Source: an uncultured delta proteobacterium
GTDB lineage: Bacteria > Myxococcota_A > Polyangia > Polyangiales > Polyangiaceae
Length of the DNA stretch: 64,000 nt
Reading direction: 5' to 3'
Assembly (NCBI GenBank): GCA_963782055.1
Contig: CAWAIF010000002.1
Location: 224,001 to 288,000, forward strand
Shown here piece after piece: positions 40,998-50,223 of the stretch. Below the pieces are notes generated by a model. The model searched no databases, was not told where the DNA came from, and saw only the letters and a list, made by a program, of their open reading frames with translations. Each line of letters opens with the position of its first letter. The first letter of the stretch is position 1. A program made the position numbers and the translations under genes.

Positions 40998-42278
40998 TCA
41001 CCCGCCCGGGGTGCAGATCGGGACGCCGTCGGCGGTGTTGCCGGCCTTGGCGAAGGAGCCGCAGTCGTGGTCGCCGGAGGAGATGGCCCCGAGCTTGCCC
41101 ATCTTGAAGCTGTTGTTGGCGACGGTGACCTTCCCTTCGGCGTCCTTGGCGTTGGCGTCGTAGAACGTGATGGCGCCATTCGCCCCGTTGCTGCTGCTGC
41201 CGAAGTACTCGAACTTGCAGTTCTCGATGCGGGTGCCGTTGGCCTTGGGGTACAGGAAGATGCTCTGCCAGTCGCCGGGGGCGGGCGCGGGCGAGCCGCT
41301 GGTGAAGGTGACGTTCTTGGCGATGAGGGACCCGCCGCTGTCCTCGCCCACCTCGATGTCGCTGCCCGGAGCCATCTTGAGCACCGACATGGGCGCGATG
41401 GTCCAGACGGGGGCGGTGTTGTCGGAGCGGACCTTGATGCTCCCGTCCACCAGGATGGGCACGCCCACGTTCGGCCAGGCGATGCTCTCGTCGATGCGAC
41501 CGTCCTTGACGTGGATGGGGTCGTTCCACTTGTTGTTCGGGCTGACCGACCCGAGCGTCATCGGCGAGACGTCCGCCGAGCCCTTCGCGTTCTCGCTGAG
41601 CGTGTTGTTGTCGAACTTGGCGAAGGTCCCGTTGTTGGCGGTGTCGATGCCGAACTGGCCGCTCTTGCGGATGATGGAGTTGGTGATGGAGACGCGCTTG
41701 CCCTGGCGCATGTCCTTGAGCTGGATGGCGGCCACGCCGTTGCTGTTCTTGCTGCCGGCGTACTCGATGGTCAGGTGATCGAGGGAGGTGCCCGCCATCG
41801 TCTTCTCCTCGAAGCCAATGCCCACCCAGTCGCCCGGCCCCGGAGACTTGTTGGAGGAGGTGAAGACCACCGGGTCCTTGTCGGTGCCCTTGACGACCAG
41901 CTTGCCATAGTCGACCCAGATGTAGTTGTCGGTGTCGAAGGCGACGTGCACGCCCTCCTCGAAGGTGACGGTGGCGCCCTCGTCCACGTTGATGATGTGG
42001 TCGGCGACGACCTTGCAGCCCTTGGTGAAGGTGACGTCTCCCTTGACGGTGCTGTCCTTCGGCCACTCGCACCCCTTCACCGGCTTGGGGGTGTCGTCCG
42101 CGGGCTTGCTGCCGTTGTCGCTGGTGGTGTCGTTGCCCGAGCCGGAGGAGCCGGAGGACCCCGACGATCCCGAGGACTCCGTCTTGTCCTCCGACTTGTC
42201 CTTCTTCTTGAGGAACTTGCAGCCGGTGACGGAGGAGAGCACCAGGCCAGAAGCGACGAGCAGCGTGAGGTTTCGCAT
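40998..42278 (-). CDS. Lipoprotein with right-handed beta-helix repeats
   Basis: Lipobox VTGC, Ser/Gly linker, duplicated FTS....PGDW..I and EY(A/F)G motifs, Asn ladders. Confidence 0.75.
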   Translation of the reverse strand: MRNLTLLVASGLVLSSVTGCKFLKKKDKSEDKTESSGSSGSSGSSGSGNDTTSDNGSKPADDTPKPVKGCEWPKDSTVKGDVTFTKGCKVVADHIINVDEGATVTFEEGVHVAFDTDNYIWVDYGKLVVKGTDKDPVVFTSSNKSPGPGDWVGIGFEEKTMAGTSLDHLTIEYAGSKNSNGVAAIQLKDMRQGKRVSITNSIIRKSGQFGIDTANNGTFAKFDNNTLSENAKGSADVSPMTLGSVSPNNKWNDPIHVKDGRIDESIAWPNVGVPILVDGSIKVRSDNTAPVWTIAPMSVLKMAPGSDIEVGEDSGGSLIAKNVTFTSGSPAPAPGDWQSIFLYPKANGTRIENCKFEYFGSSSNGANGAITFYDANAKDAEGKVTVANNSFKMGKLGAISSGDHDCGSFAKAGNTADGVPICTPGG

Positions 42279-42338
42279 GGGGCCGACTTGTACACGAAGC
42301 ACCCGCCTTCGCGTAGAGGCAGGATGCCCCTCCCCCCG

Positions 42339-44450
42339 CTACACCTCCGTCACCTCCAGGATGCGCACTGTCCTGCCGGGCACTCGCACCTCGAAGGCAC
42401 CCGCGGTGCGCGCGATGGGCTGGCGCGCGTTGCCCATCGCGTCGGCCAGGGCGCGCGCGCCGGCGACGGCGACCTTCGCCACGAGCGGCGCGGGCGTGGG
42501 GTTCATCACGAAGACGAGGCGCGGGGCGCCGCCGGCGTCGTGGTGGACGCTCACGTGCGCCTCCGCCGGGTCCACCGGGTAGGTGGGCAGGCCGAGCTCG
42601 TCGATGCGCCGCGCGACGAGGGCGTCGGCGCGGGCGGCGTCGTCCAGCGGCCAGAGCTCCAGGCCGGTCACGTCGTGGGGCTTGTTCATCCGGCGCCACG
42701 CCCCGTCGCGTGAGGGCACCACCGGGCCGATGGTCACGCGGCAGCCCTCGCCCGCGCGCGCGCGGAGCTGCGTCAGCACGTCCGCCTTCAGGCCGCCGGG
42801 CGTGGCGCAGACGATCCACGCGGCGCCGCGCGTGCTCGCCGTCAGGCTCTCCCCGCCGGCGTACGCGAAGGGCACGCCGCGCGCCGACAGCGCCCGCTCG
42901 AAGGCGCGAATGTACGCCTCGGCGGCGAGCGTCGGCGCCAGGCGCGCGTCGGCCGTGTCGGCCACCTCGACCTCGGGCGGCTCGTGCCCGAAGTCCTCCT
43001 CGAAGCAGCTCTCCCGGAAGCCGGCGCCGAGCACGTTGAAGAGCGCGGGCGTGAGCGGGCCGAAGGCGTGCGACGCGCGCGCCAGGCGGCGCAGCGAGCG
43101 CGGGATGACCAGGCGCACCGGCGCGCGACGCTCCAGCGCGAAGAAGCGCGTGCGCTCCAGGGTGGCGCACAGCTCCTTGTAGGCGTCGGCCAGCTTGCGC
43201 GGGCGGCCGTGCGGGTCGATGGGCGCGCCGATCCAGCGGTCGCGCTCGACGGCCATGTAGAGGTTGAAGCCGCGCAGGCCGTAGCCGAGCGCCGCCTGGA
43301 GCGTGTAGAGGGAGTCCTTCTCGTCCTGCGGGGCGAAGAAGGGCGGGAAGCCGGCGCCGATCTCGGCGGCGTACGCCGGCGACTCGGCGCCCTCCGCGCG
43401 GCCGGCGAGCTCGGTGGTGCGGCGCATGAGCACCACGTGCTCGGCCGGCGAGGCCTGGTGGTAGTAGTCCAGCGCCACCAGGTCGATCGACCCGGCGAGG
43501 CGCTGCGCGTTGAGCGGTGTCGCCGCCTCCCCCAGCGGGAAGTTGTGCATGGTGGGCACGCCGGACACGCCCAGCTCGGCGAGCTTCTGTCCCATGCGCT
43601 CGAAGGCGGTGGCGAGCAGGTGCTCGTGGTACTCGACCCAGTCCAGGTGCCGCGCCAGATCGTCCGGGCCCTCGGCGTCGAAGCGCGCCGGCGGCTCGGC
43701 GTTGCCGAAGGACACCTCGCCGTCGCCCCACGCGGACCGCAGCGCGCTCGGCCGCTTGTACTTCGTGCGAAGGAAGCTGCGAAAGAGCTGGATGGAGTCC
43801 GGGTGGTAGTCCTGATCGTAGGGGCCATCGCGGAAGTAGAGCGCGCCCTCGTTGTCGATCTGGAGCATCACGATGGGGCCCTCCGGGTAGAGGTGCTCGG
43901 CGAGGATGGGCCCGCACGCATCGAACCAGGTCTCCACCTCCTCGTGGAAGGCCTCGCTCGCGTAGCTCGGTACCGGGAAGGCGGCGGGGACCATCGGCAG
44001 CATCACCGGGTTGTCGCGCGGCGTGCGCGCCTGGCAGGCGCGGTCCCACACGATGCGCTCCGGCAGGCCGAAGTTGGTGAGCTCGGCGTTGATGTGCGGC
44101 CCCGGCCGGATGACGACGTAGAGCCCGCGCTCGTGGCAGAGGCGGAGGAATCGCGCGAGATCCAGCGCGGCGCTCCGCTCGCCGAAGTCGAAGAGGCGCG
44201 GCTCCATCTCGTGCACGCCCCACGGGACGTAGGTGTCGACGAGGCGCATGCCCATCGCGCGCATGGCGTCCAGCGCGGCGCCCCACTCGTTCGGGTCGTT
44301 GCGCCAGTAGTGCATGGCGCCGCACACCAGCGGCACCACCTCGCCCCCGCGCAGCTCCAGGCCGTGCGGGTGCAGGTGGACGCGCGCGTCCTTGTCGCGG
44401 GCGCGGGTGCTGGCTTCTCGGGCGCGCGGCGCCGTCTTGCGCGGGCTCAA
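42339..44450 (-). CDS. Glycoside hydrolase family 35 (beta-galactosidase-like)
   Basis: GAMHYWR, TYVPW..HE, RPGPHINAE, QIDNEG, AAEIGAG, NLYM; start uncertain (TTG 44450 coupled to upstream stop). Confidence 0.85.
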   Translation of the reverse strand: MSPRKTAPRAREASTRARDKDARVHLHPHGLELRGGEVVPLVCGAMHYWRNDPNEWGAALDAMRAMGMRLVDTYVPWGVHEMEPRLFDFGERSAALDLARFLRLCHERGLYVVIRPGPHINAELTNFGLPERIVWDRACQARTPRDNPVMLPMVPAAFPVPSYASEAFHEEVETWFDACGPILAEHLYPEGPIVMLQIDNEGALYFRDGPYDQDYHPDSIQLFRSFLRTKYKRPSALRSAWGDGEVSFGNAEPPARFDAEGPDDLARHLDWVEYHEHLLATAFERMGQKLAELGVSGVPTMHNFPLGEAATPLNAQRLAGSIDLVALDYYHQASPAEHVVLMRRTTELAGRAEGAESPAYAAEIGAGFPPFFAPQDEKDSLYTLQAALGYGLRGFNLYMAVERDRWIGAPIDPHGRPRKLADAYKELCATLERTRFFALERRAPVRLVIPRSLRRLARASHAFGPLTPALFNVLGAGFRESCFEEDFGHEPPEVEVADTADARLAPTLAAEAYIRAFERALSARGVPFAYAGGESLTASTRGAAWIVCATPGGLKADVLTQLRARAGEGCRVTIGPVVPSRDGAWRRMNKPHDVTGLELWPLDDAARADALVARRIDELGLPTYPVDPAEAHVSVHHDAGGAPRLVFVMNPTPAPLVAKVAVAGARALADAMGNARQPIARTAGAFEVRVPGRTVRILEVTEV

Positions 44451-44833
44451 GAGAGCGTCACCTGGCGAGTGATGGCGTTGGAGGACAGGCCGCTCTGGTC
44501 GATGACCGTCACCACGACGCCGAGGGTCTTGCCAGAGAGGACCGGCTCCAGGCACAGGTCCAGCTCCTGGCTGTCGGAGGGCTGGGCGAAGGGCACGGTC
44601 TGCGAGAAGGGGATGTCGGGGAGCTCGACGTGGATGCTGGTCACGGTGTCGTCGGGGTCATGGAAGGTGACCTGGATGGGGAGGAGATACTTGCCGGCGC
44701 ACGGGTCGGCGGCGGCCACGCTCGCCAGGGCCGGGATGGTCACCGAGTCCAGGACGGGTGGCTGCGCCCTGGGTGGCCCGCCGTCGGAGCACGCGGCGAT
44801 GCCGAGGAGGAGGGCGACGCAGGCGAGGCGCAT
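44447..44833 (-). CDS. Small Ig-like lipoprotein
   Basis: MRLACVALLLGIAAC-SDGG lipobox; DPDD and VIDQSGLSSN beta-sandwich pattern. Confidence 0.7.
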   Translation of the reverse strand: MRLACVALLLGIAACSDGGPPRAQPPVLDSVTIPALASVAAADPCAGKYLLPIQVTFHDPDDTVTSIHVELPDIPFSQTVPFAQPSDSQELDLCLEPVLSGKTLGVVVTVIDQSGLSSNAITRQVTLS

Positions 44834-44894
44834 CGGGGGGAGTCTACACCGGGCCGGCGGGGGAATGGCCCGGGAGCAGGGGGACGCTGTCGCG

Positions 44895-46202
44895 CTACGT
44901 CGCGGAGCCGTCCGCGTCGTCGTCCTGGTCGAGGAGGTCGAGCGCTTCGGCGAGCTGCTCGTCGTCCTCCTGCGCGGCCGCTTCGAACGCCACGCGCAGC
45001 CGGGGTGCGGCCACCGCCGCCCCCGCCGCGCGCAGCCGGTCGCGCGCCTCGTCGTCGCCCGACCCGCCGAGCGCCGCCGCCGCCGCCGCCCGATCGCGCG
45101 GCGCCGCGGCGGGGTCCTCCACCACGCGCCAGAGCTGCTCCACGTCGACGGCCGCCGCGCGGAAGCCGGCGGTCGCCCCCGCGCCCGCGCGTCGCAGCTC
45201 TCCGATCCACGCCCTGGTGTCCAGTCCGAGGTGCGAGGGGAGCGCGACGCGCGCACCGCCCGCCTCTCCGGACGCGGCCGCCATCGCCTCGCGCAGCCGC
45301 GCGGCGACGACGTCGCCAGCGTAGAAGCCCAGGCGTCTCTGCTCGCGCGCGGTGTAGAAGCCCACGCGCTCCCCGTCACGGAGCACCAGATCGAAGCCCT
45401 GCGACGCCGCGCGCGCCCCGCGCGCCTCCGGGCCGGGCCAGGACGCGACCTCCTTCACGTCGGCCCATCGCACCACGCGCTCGCGGCCCCACTGCTTCAT
45501 CCAGATGCCGTCGGTGCCGAAGGTGACGTGCAGCCGCGACCGCGCCCACAGCGCCCAGTAGCCTGCCGCCGCGCTGGCGCCGAAGGCCCACGCGACGGCC
45601 TGGCCCACCGCGCTCATCTCGCCGTGCGGCGCCGCCCCGCACGCCAGCCCGAGCCCGAGCGCCACCAGCAGGACGGGCCAGAGGAACATGTAGAAGGTCA
45701 CGAGGGCGCCCAGACGGAAGAAGCGCCCGGGCAGCACGTAGGACGTGCGCATGTGGCCGCCGTCCATCCCCAGCGCCGCGATCACCGCCTGCGGGTCGCC
45801 GCCGCGGAGGAAGCGCGCGCGCGTGCGACCCCGAAGCCGCAGGCGCACGACCGGCGTGCTCCACTGAAACTGCGCGACGGCCGCGGACGCGATCTGGTCC
45901 GCCGGCACGGCCAGCGTCTGGTCCAGGAAGATGCCTCGCCGATCCACCGCGAGCGCCCCGCGCCGCGCGTGAGGCCAAGCGTTGCGCGATCCGATCAGGG
46001 CAAGCGCCAGGAAGGACACGCAGAGGACCGGCGAGGCGAACATCAGCCACCCGGGCTCCGAACCCGACCTGGCCACGAAGCCGAACGCCGCCAGCGCAAG
46101 GAGACCGGGCGCGGCCACGATGGCCAGGGGCAGCACGTTGCGGTGGAGGAGCGCGCCCTGCGTCGCTGTGTAGCTCTCTGGTCGCGGTCGGGGCGAGGTC
46201 AT
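44895..46202 (-). CDS. Hypothetical membrane protein (two TM hairpins with bPH-like domains, helical C-terminus)
   Basis: Repeated TM-pair plus beta-domain architecture; GC3-rich. Confidence 0.65.
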   Translation of the reverse strand: MTSPRPRPESYTATQGALLHRNVLPLAIVAAPGLLALAAFGFVARSGSEPGWLMFASPVLCVSFLALALIGSRNAWPHARRGALAVDRRGIFLDQTLAVPADQIASAAVAQFQWSTPVVRLRLRGRTRARFLRGGDPQAVIAALGMDGGHMRTSYVLPGRFFRLGALVTFYMFLWPVLLVALGLGLACGAAPHGEMSAVGQAVAWAFGASAAAGYWALWARSRLHVTFGTDGIWMKQWGRERVVRWADVKEVASWPGPEARGARAASQGFDLVLRDGERVGFYTAREQRRLGFYAGDVVAARLREAMAAASGEAGGARVALPSHLGLDTRAWIGELRRAGAGATAGFRAAAVDVEQLWRVVEDPAAAPRDRAAAAAALGGSGDDEARDRLRAAGAAVAAPRLRVAFEAAAQEDDEQLAEALDLLDQDDDADGSAT

Positions 46203-46314
46203 CGGACGGATGCGGCATGAAGCGTAGCCGAAGCTCCCCGCCGTGTCCGGCCGCGCCCGGCCCCGGCACACGTCGGCACACTGGTGGGGACCGGGAATCC
46301 GCTTGCATCCCTGG

Positions 46315-46330
46315 TGGCACGTCGGCTGCA
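46315..46330 (+). promoter_or_regulatory. Sigma-54 (-24/-12) promoter
   Basis: TGGCACGTCGGCTGCA: GG-N10-GC, one mismatch to TGGCACGNNNNTTGCW. Confidence 0.65.
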
Positions 46331-46342
46331 AGGTGAACTCGC

Positions 46343-47455
46343 ATGCGCTTCTCCCGCCTGCCTCCGAAGGACGACATCGTCAGCATCCAGCAGGCGCTCG
46401 GCCACCGCGTGATCACGATCCTCGCCGCGACCGTCCCCCTCGCCGCGGCGGTCGCCGCGTGCGGCGGCAGCGCCACCGACGTGGCCGGCGACGGCGGCGA
46501 CGCATGCCAGGGTGTGTGCTGCAGCGGCCCGCCCCCGCCGACCCCGTACTCCGTCACCTACGTGGAGTGCGCCGCGTCGGCGCCGGACGCTGGCGACGAC
46601 GCCGCCGACGCATCCGACCTGGACGCGTCGGACGACGGCTCGGTGGCCGACGCGTCGGACGACGCCCAGGACGCCGCCGCGCTGCCACCGGCGTGCTACG
46701 CGACGTGCGAGCAGGCATGCATCGCGCACCTGCAGGCGGGCGGCTACGGGCACTGCGTCGACGCGATCGACGGCGACGGCGGCGCGACGATCGCGCACTG
46801 CGAGCTCTGGCACACCTGCGGCCGCCGCTTCGACGGCCTGGTGGAGCCGGGCACCGGTCCGCGCGGGGACGTGCTCGGCGCGGTGCTCGCGCGCGCGGCG
46901 TGGCTCGAGGCCGCCTCGGTGCGTGCCTTCCGCCGGCTGGCTCGCGAGCTGCGCGTTCACGGCGCACCGGCGTCGCTCGTGCAAGCAGCGCGGGAGTCGG
47001 CGCGTGACGAGGCCCGGCATGCCCGGACGATGACGCGCCTGGCGCGCGCCCACGGCGCCACGGTGCCGCGCGTCGAGGGAGAGGAGCCGACTGCGCGCGA
47101 GCTGGAGGCGGTGGCCCGGGAGAACGCGGTGGAGGGCTGCGTCGGCGAGACGTACGGCGCGCTGCTCGCCGCCTTCGCCGCGGAGCAGGCCGCGGACCCC
47201 GCCATACGCGAGGCCATGCGCGGCATCGCGCCGGACGAGCTTCGTCACGCGTCGCTCGCCTGGGCTGTCGCCGCGTGGGCCGAGCCGCGCCTGTCGCCCG
47301 ATGCACGCGCCCGCGTCGAGGGAGCGCGGGCGGCGGCGGTGCAGCGGATGATGGACGAGGCGGTCGACCCGCACCCGACGGTGGCGCGCGCCGCTGGCGT
47401 CCCCGACGCGTCGCTCGCGACCCACATGGTGGAGGCGATGTTCCAGGCCGCGTAG
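46343..47455 (+). CDS. Ferritin-like di-iron domain protein with Cys-rich lipoprotein N-terminus
   Basis: VAAC lipobox, CGRR, LEAASV.AF, DEARH, ENAVEGC..ET, DELRH. Confidence 0.8.
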   Translation: MRFSRLPPKDDIVSIQQALGHRVITILAATVPLAAAVAACGGSATDVAGDGGDACQGVCCSGPPPPTPYSVTYVECAASAPDAGDDAADASDLDASDDGSVADASDDAQDAAALPPACYATCEQACIAHLQAGGYGHCVDAIDGDGGATIAHCELWHTCGRRFDGLVEPGTGPRGDVLGAVLARAAWLEAASVRAFRRLARELRVHGAPASLVQAARESARDEARHARTMTRLARAHGATVPRVEGEEPTARELEAVARENAVEGCVGETYGALLAAFAAEQAADPAIREAMRGIAPDELRHASLAWAVAAWAEPRLSPDARARVEGARAAAVQRMMDEAVDPHPTVARAAGVPDASLATHMVEAMFQAA

Positions 47456-47461
47456 GGACGC

Positions 47462-48505
47462 CTACACCTCGTCGGGCAGCGCGCGGTGCAAGAGCTCGCC
47501 CAGCGCGGCCATGTCGGGATCGCTCGCCCGCAGGCGCTCGATGGACGAGGCCACCTTCTTCACCGTCGGCGTGACGAAGCGAAGGAAGGCCGGGTTGCGC
47601 TTCACCCGGTCGATGTAGACGAAGCGCCCGGCGTCCTTCAGCTTGCGCTGCACCGTCACCGTGTCGAACTCGACGCCCAGCGCGGCGCGCTCGTCGCCCT
47701 TCATGCCCATCGCCTCGGCGAACTCGTCCAGCCGCGCCTCCACGAAGGCGCGATCGAACTCCTGGTAGCTGTCGTTGAGCAGCGCCACCAGGTCGTAGAT
47801 GCGCGGGCCGAGCAGCGCGTCCTGGAAGTCGATCCAGCAGAGGGTGCCGCCGTCGCGCACCATCAGGTTGCGCGACTGGTAGTCGCGGTGGACGAAGCCG
47901 CGCGGCCAGCCGGCGATGCGGCGGGCGAGCCGGTCGGCGAGCGTGTCGAAGAGGACGCGGTCCTCCGGCGAGAGGGTGTGCCCGCGGCCCTCCAGCCCCC
48001 ACTCGCGGAAGTGCTCGATCTCCCAGCGCAGCAGGTCCTCGTCGAAGGCGCGGGTGGCGACGACGCTGCCGGCGGGCAGGTCGGCGAGCGCCCGCTGCGC
48101 CCGCGCCAGGTCCTTCACCGCGCGCGAGTACAGCTCCGCGCGCGCGGATGGTTGACGTATCAAGTAGTTGGCGAGCGTGTCCTCGCCGAGGTCCTCGAGG
48201 AGTAGCCACCCGGCCTCGGTGTCCTCGCCGTGCAGGCGCGGCACGTCCACGCCGCGGGCGGCGAGCAGCTCGCGCACCTCGAGGAAGGGCCAGCGGCGGC
48301 GGACTCCCTCCTTGCCAATCTCCTCCGGCTTGCCGCCCTCGGCGACGAACATGGCGACCGCCGACCGGCCGTCCTCCATCATGACGCGAAAGTAGCGGCG
48401 CGTGGAGGCCCCGCCCGGCATGGGCTCGGTGTCGAAGGCGACGGCCCCACGGCCGGTCATCCCCTCCACGAGGGCGGCGAGCTTGCCGAAGTCGAGCTCG
48501 GGCAT
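47462..48505 (-). CDS. APH-family phosphotransferase, AmgK (MurNAc/GlcNAc anomeric kinase)-like
   Basis: ASTRRYFR, LLEDLG, HRDYQSRNLM, IDFQDAL.GP..YDL, QRKLK. Confidence 0.82.
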   Translation of the reverse strand: MPELDFGKLAALVEGMTGRGAVAFDTEPMPGGASTRRYFRVMMEDGRSAVAMFVAEGGKPEEIGKEGVRRRWPFLEVRELLAARGVDVPRLHGEDTEAGWLLLEDLGEDTLANYLIRQPSARAELYSRAVKDLARAQRALADLPAGSVVATRAFDEDLLRWEIEHFREWGLEGRGHTLSPEDRVLFDTLADRLARRIAGWPRGFVHRDYQSRNLMVRDGGTLCWIDFQDALLGPRIYDLVALLNDSYQEFDRAFVEARLDEFAEAMGMKGDERAALGVEFDTVTVQRKLKDAGRFVYIDRVKRNPAFLRFVTPTVKKVASSIERLRASDPDMAALGELLHRALPDEV

Positions 48506-48620
48506 CGCGCTGCCATTACCACACTTTCCGGCGCGGCCGCGCGGCGAAGCCTGCGACGGACACCCGTACCCCAGCTCTGCTATGGTCCCCTTGCGGCCAG
48601 GGTTTGAGGAGGAGAATTCC

Positions 48621-49577
48621 ATGCGCTTTCATCGATGTCTTCTTGTGAGTGTGGCGGCGGGCTCGCTGGTGACGGCGGTCGCATGCAGCGGCGGAGCCGG
48701 GTCGAGCTGCGGCAGCTACTACGATGCCCTCGTCGCCTACACCCAGCGATGCGGTAGCACCACGTCGCTCGACGCGAGCGAGCGCTCCAACTTCGTCGAC
48801 GCTTGCAACAGCCTTGCCAACGCCCCGGGGACGAACAACCTGAGCGGGCAGATCGACTCCTGCACCAGCGAGCTCAAGTCGGCCGCCTGCGGCGGGATCC
48901 CGTCGTGCATCATCCGCGGGACGCTGGCTGACGGTGCGGCCTGCGGCAACCCCGTGCAATGCTCCGGAGGCCGCTGCGCCAACACCCAGCAGTCCTCGGC
49001 GACCAGCGAGATCGGCTGCGGCACCTGCGGCGCCTACGCGAAGCTCGGCGACGCCTGCGGCAACACCGGCGCCGCTTGCGACACCTCCACCGGGAGCTGC
49101 GTCAACGGCACGTGCACCGCGTACGTCGCGCAGGGCGGCGCGTGCGGCAGCGGGCAGGGCGACTGCGCGACCGGCCTGTCGTGCGACTCCACCCAGACCT
49201 GCCAGCCCCCTCCGGGCAAGGGCGAGGCGTGCACCCTCTTCTGCCAGTCTCCGTACGCGTGCATCGGCGGCACCTGCGCCGACGCCGTCGGCGAGAACGG
49301 GGCGTGCCCCACCGGCCTGGAGTGCGCCTCCAACCTCCAGTGCGACTTCACCACGCACACGTGCATGAAGCCGACGACGGCGAAGGCGGGGGAGGCGTGC
49401 GGGGTGGTCAACAACCAGTTCGTGAACTGCGACAGCGGCCTCTCCTGCCAGAACAAGGTCTGCGTGGCGCCGAAGAAGAAGGGCGACGCCTGCACCGTCG
49501 GCAAGGGCGAGTGTGACGTCTACCTCGCGTGTGTCGACAGCGTCTGCGTGGTGCCGGACTACAGCGTCTGCAAGTGA
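48621..49577 (+). CDS. Cys-rich repeat lipoprotein
   Basis: GAGGAGG RBS, AVAC lipobox, about 6 repeats of G.AC....C..GL.C....C. Confidence 0.85.
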   Translation: MRFHRCLLVSVAAGSLVTAVACSGGAGSSCGSYYDALVAYTQRCGSTTSLDASERSNFVDACNSLANAPGTNNLSGQIDSCTSELKSAACGGIPSCIIRGTLADGAACGNPVQCSGGRCANTQQSSATSEIGCGTCGAYAKLGDACGNTGAACDTSTGSCVNGTCTAYVAQGGACGSGQGDCATGLSCDSTQTCQPPPGKGEACTLFCQSPYACIGGTCADAVGENGACPTGLECASNLQCDFTTHTCMKPTTAKAGEACGVVNNQFVNCDSGLSCQNKVCVAPKKKGDACTVGKGECDVYLACVDSVCVVPDYSVCK

Positions 49578-50210
49578 ACCGGCCGGCGGCGGGGTTTCGC
49601 GTCGCCGACGTGGCGGCGCAAGCCGCCTTCGCGCTGCCCCCGGGCGCGGAGGCGGCCCTCGACGCCTGGCTGACGCTCCTCGTGGCGTGGAACGCCCGGA
49701 TGGATTCTGACGGCGGCGAAGACCGCGGACAATCTCGCCGAGCTGATGCTCTGCGACGCGCTGGTCCTCGCGCGCGAGGTCCCGCAGGGCGCGCGCGTGG
49801 TGGACGTGGGCACCGGGGCCGGCGCGCCGGGCCTGGGCCTCGCCCTGGCGCGGCCGGACCTGCGCGTGACGCTCGTCGAGCCGCTGCGCAAGCGCGTGGC
49901 CTTCCTGCGCACGGTGATCGGCTCGGTGAGCTCCGGCGGCGCGATGCCGGAGCTCGTCACCGGCCGCGGCGAGGACCTGCCTCGCCGGCAGTGGGACGTC
50001 GCGGTCTCGCGCGCCACCCTCGTGCCGGGAGCGTGGCTCGCGCTCGGCGTCGAGCTCGTCCGTCCGGGGGGCGGCGTCTGGGTTCTGCTCGCGCAGTCGG
50101 AGCCGCCGGCGGCCCCCGCGGGGGCGCGCGGCCCCGCGCTGACACGCTACGCGCTCCCTTTTTCCGGCGTCTCCCGCGCTGCCGCCCGCTACGACGTCGG
50201 AGGGGCTTGA
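49574..50210 (+). pseudogene. rsmG: 16S rRNA m7G527 methyltransferase RsmG/GidB with a one-base insertion frameshift
   Basis: N-part ...LLVAWNARMD in one frame; LTAA...DVGTGAGAPG...LVEP..KR..FL...SRA in the next; extra T at 49705/49706 (ATG GAT T CTG ACG). Confidence 0.85.
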
Positions 50211-50223
50211 CGCGTTCGGCGCC

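Noticed and set aside
49700..49712. Programmed ribosomal frameshift in rsmG
   Set aside because: No in-frame stop, slippery run or internal SD at the shift site; a simple indel is more parsimonious.
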